47,586 bases of DNA from Bacteroidota bacterium. GTDB taxonomy: Bacteria > Bacteroidota > Bacteroidia > UBA7662. The position numbers and the translations under genes are program-made. The notes under the pieces were generated by a model, which did no database searches, was not told the DNA's origin, and was given only the letters and a program-made list of their open reading frames with translations. Below, in pieces: positions 47,040 to 47,586 of this stretch. Every line of letters begins with the position of its first letter. Positions within the stretch are counted from its first letter, which is position 1. The DNA lies in contig VGFN01000002.1 in the NCBI GenBank assembly GCA_016868875.1, forward strand, positions 1 through 47,586, in the 5' to 3' direction.

Positions 47040-47586
47040 ATGGCCAAGCGTGACTATTACGAAGTGTTGGGGGTAGGCCGGCAGGCCGGCGAAGACGAAA
47101 TCAAGAAAGCCTACCGCAAAGCGGCCTTGCAGTTTCACCCGGACAAAAACCCAGGTGATGCCAAGGCCGAAGAAAAATTCAAGGAGGCGGCCGAAGCCTA
47201 CGAAGTCCTGAGCAATTCGGATAAACGAGCTCGTTACGATCGCTTTGGCCATCAAGGGGTTGACCCAGGCATGGGCGGTGGAGGTGGAGGTTTTTCGATG
47301 GAGGATATTTTCTCCCAATTCGGGGATGTCTTTAGCGAAGGCTCGCCTTTTGAGGGATTTTTTGGGGGCGGTGGTCGTGGTGGTCGCAGGGCCAACCGGG
47401 GAGCTAATTTGAGAATACGGGTTAAGTTGACTTTGGAAGAAATTGCCAAAGGCGTCGAAAAAAAGGTCAAGGTCACCAAGGCGGTTCCTGCAGAGGGAGT
47501 GACGTACAAAGCCTGTGCAACCTGCGGGGGTACCGGACAGATTCAGCGAATCACGAACACAATTTTAGGTCAAATGCGTACGGCCA
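47040..47586 (+). CDS. dnaJ: Molecular chaperone DnaJ (3' end cut by the window edge)
   Basis: Not in the ORF track because it has no stop in the window. Translating from ATG 47040 gives [40 protein letters not shown], a G/F-rich region, and the first zinc-finger repeat CATCGGTGQ. Confidence 0.95.
   Translation, partial: MAKRDYYEVLGVGRQAGEDEIKKAYRKAALQFHPDKNPGDAKAEEKFKEAAEAYEVLSNSDKRARYDRFGHQGVDPGMGGGGGGFSMEDIFSQFGDVFSEGSPFEGFFGGGGRGGRRANRGANLRIRVKLTLEEIAKGVEKKVKVTKAVPAEGVTYKACATCGGTGQIQRITNTILGQMRTA

Noticed and set aside
1-47586. Scan for CRISPR arrays, IS elements or transposases, integrases, toxin-antitoxin pairs and known defence genes
   Set aside because: No spaced direct-repeat array was seen, and no ORF carries transposase, integrase, nuclease-helicase or abortive-infection hallmarks. 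The only repeats seen are the two short tandem repeats reported above.

Overview
This window looks like ordinary chromosomal sequence from a Bacteroidota genome, about 50% GC by eye. Three things support that assignment: T9SS type-A and type-B C-terminal sorting domains, a GldH lipoprotein gene, and TAnnTTTG-type -7 promoter motifs. The gene order DUF6089-uppS-bamA-skp-skp, holB-PSP1-gldH and pheT-x-zapA-rny fits too. Coding density is very high and no intergenic gap exceeds about 175 bp. I found no rRNA, tRNA, CRISPR array, transposase, integrase, phage gene or recognisable defence gene. Most genes are housekeeping: lpxK, nif3, holB, rpsT, nadK, pabA-like, uppS, bamA, skp x2, purM-like, rny, zapA, pheT, grpE and dnaJ. 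Two accessory-looking parts stand out. The first is a 7.7-kb tandem pair of roughly 1,270-aa paralogous T9SS type-B cargo proteins (7405-15075). The second is a pair of T9SS cargo genes between pheT and grpE: an M36-like metalloprotease with a type-A CTD and an L-type-lectin protein with a type-B CTD (41228-46392). I do not see convincing evidence for a novel multi-gene system. The best leads are those surface-protein loci, a SixA-like phosphatase tightly linked to a POTRA-less Omp85 barrel, a DUF4920 plus CXXCH-lipoprotein pair, and a few small repeats and regulatory oddities. All family assignments rest on motifs recognised by eye in the translations. No searches were run.
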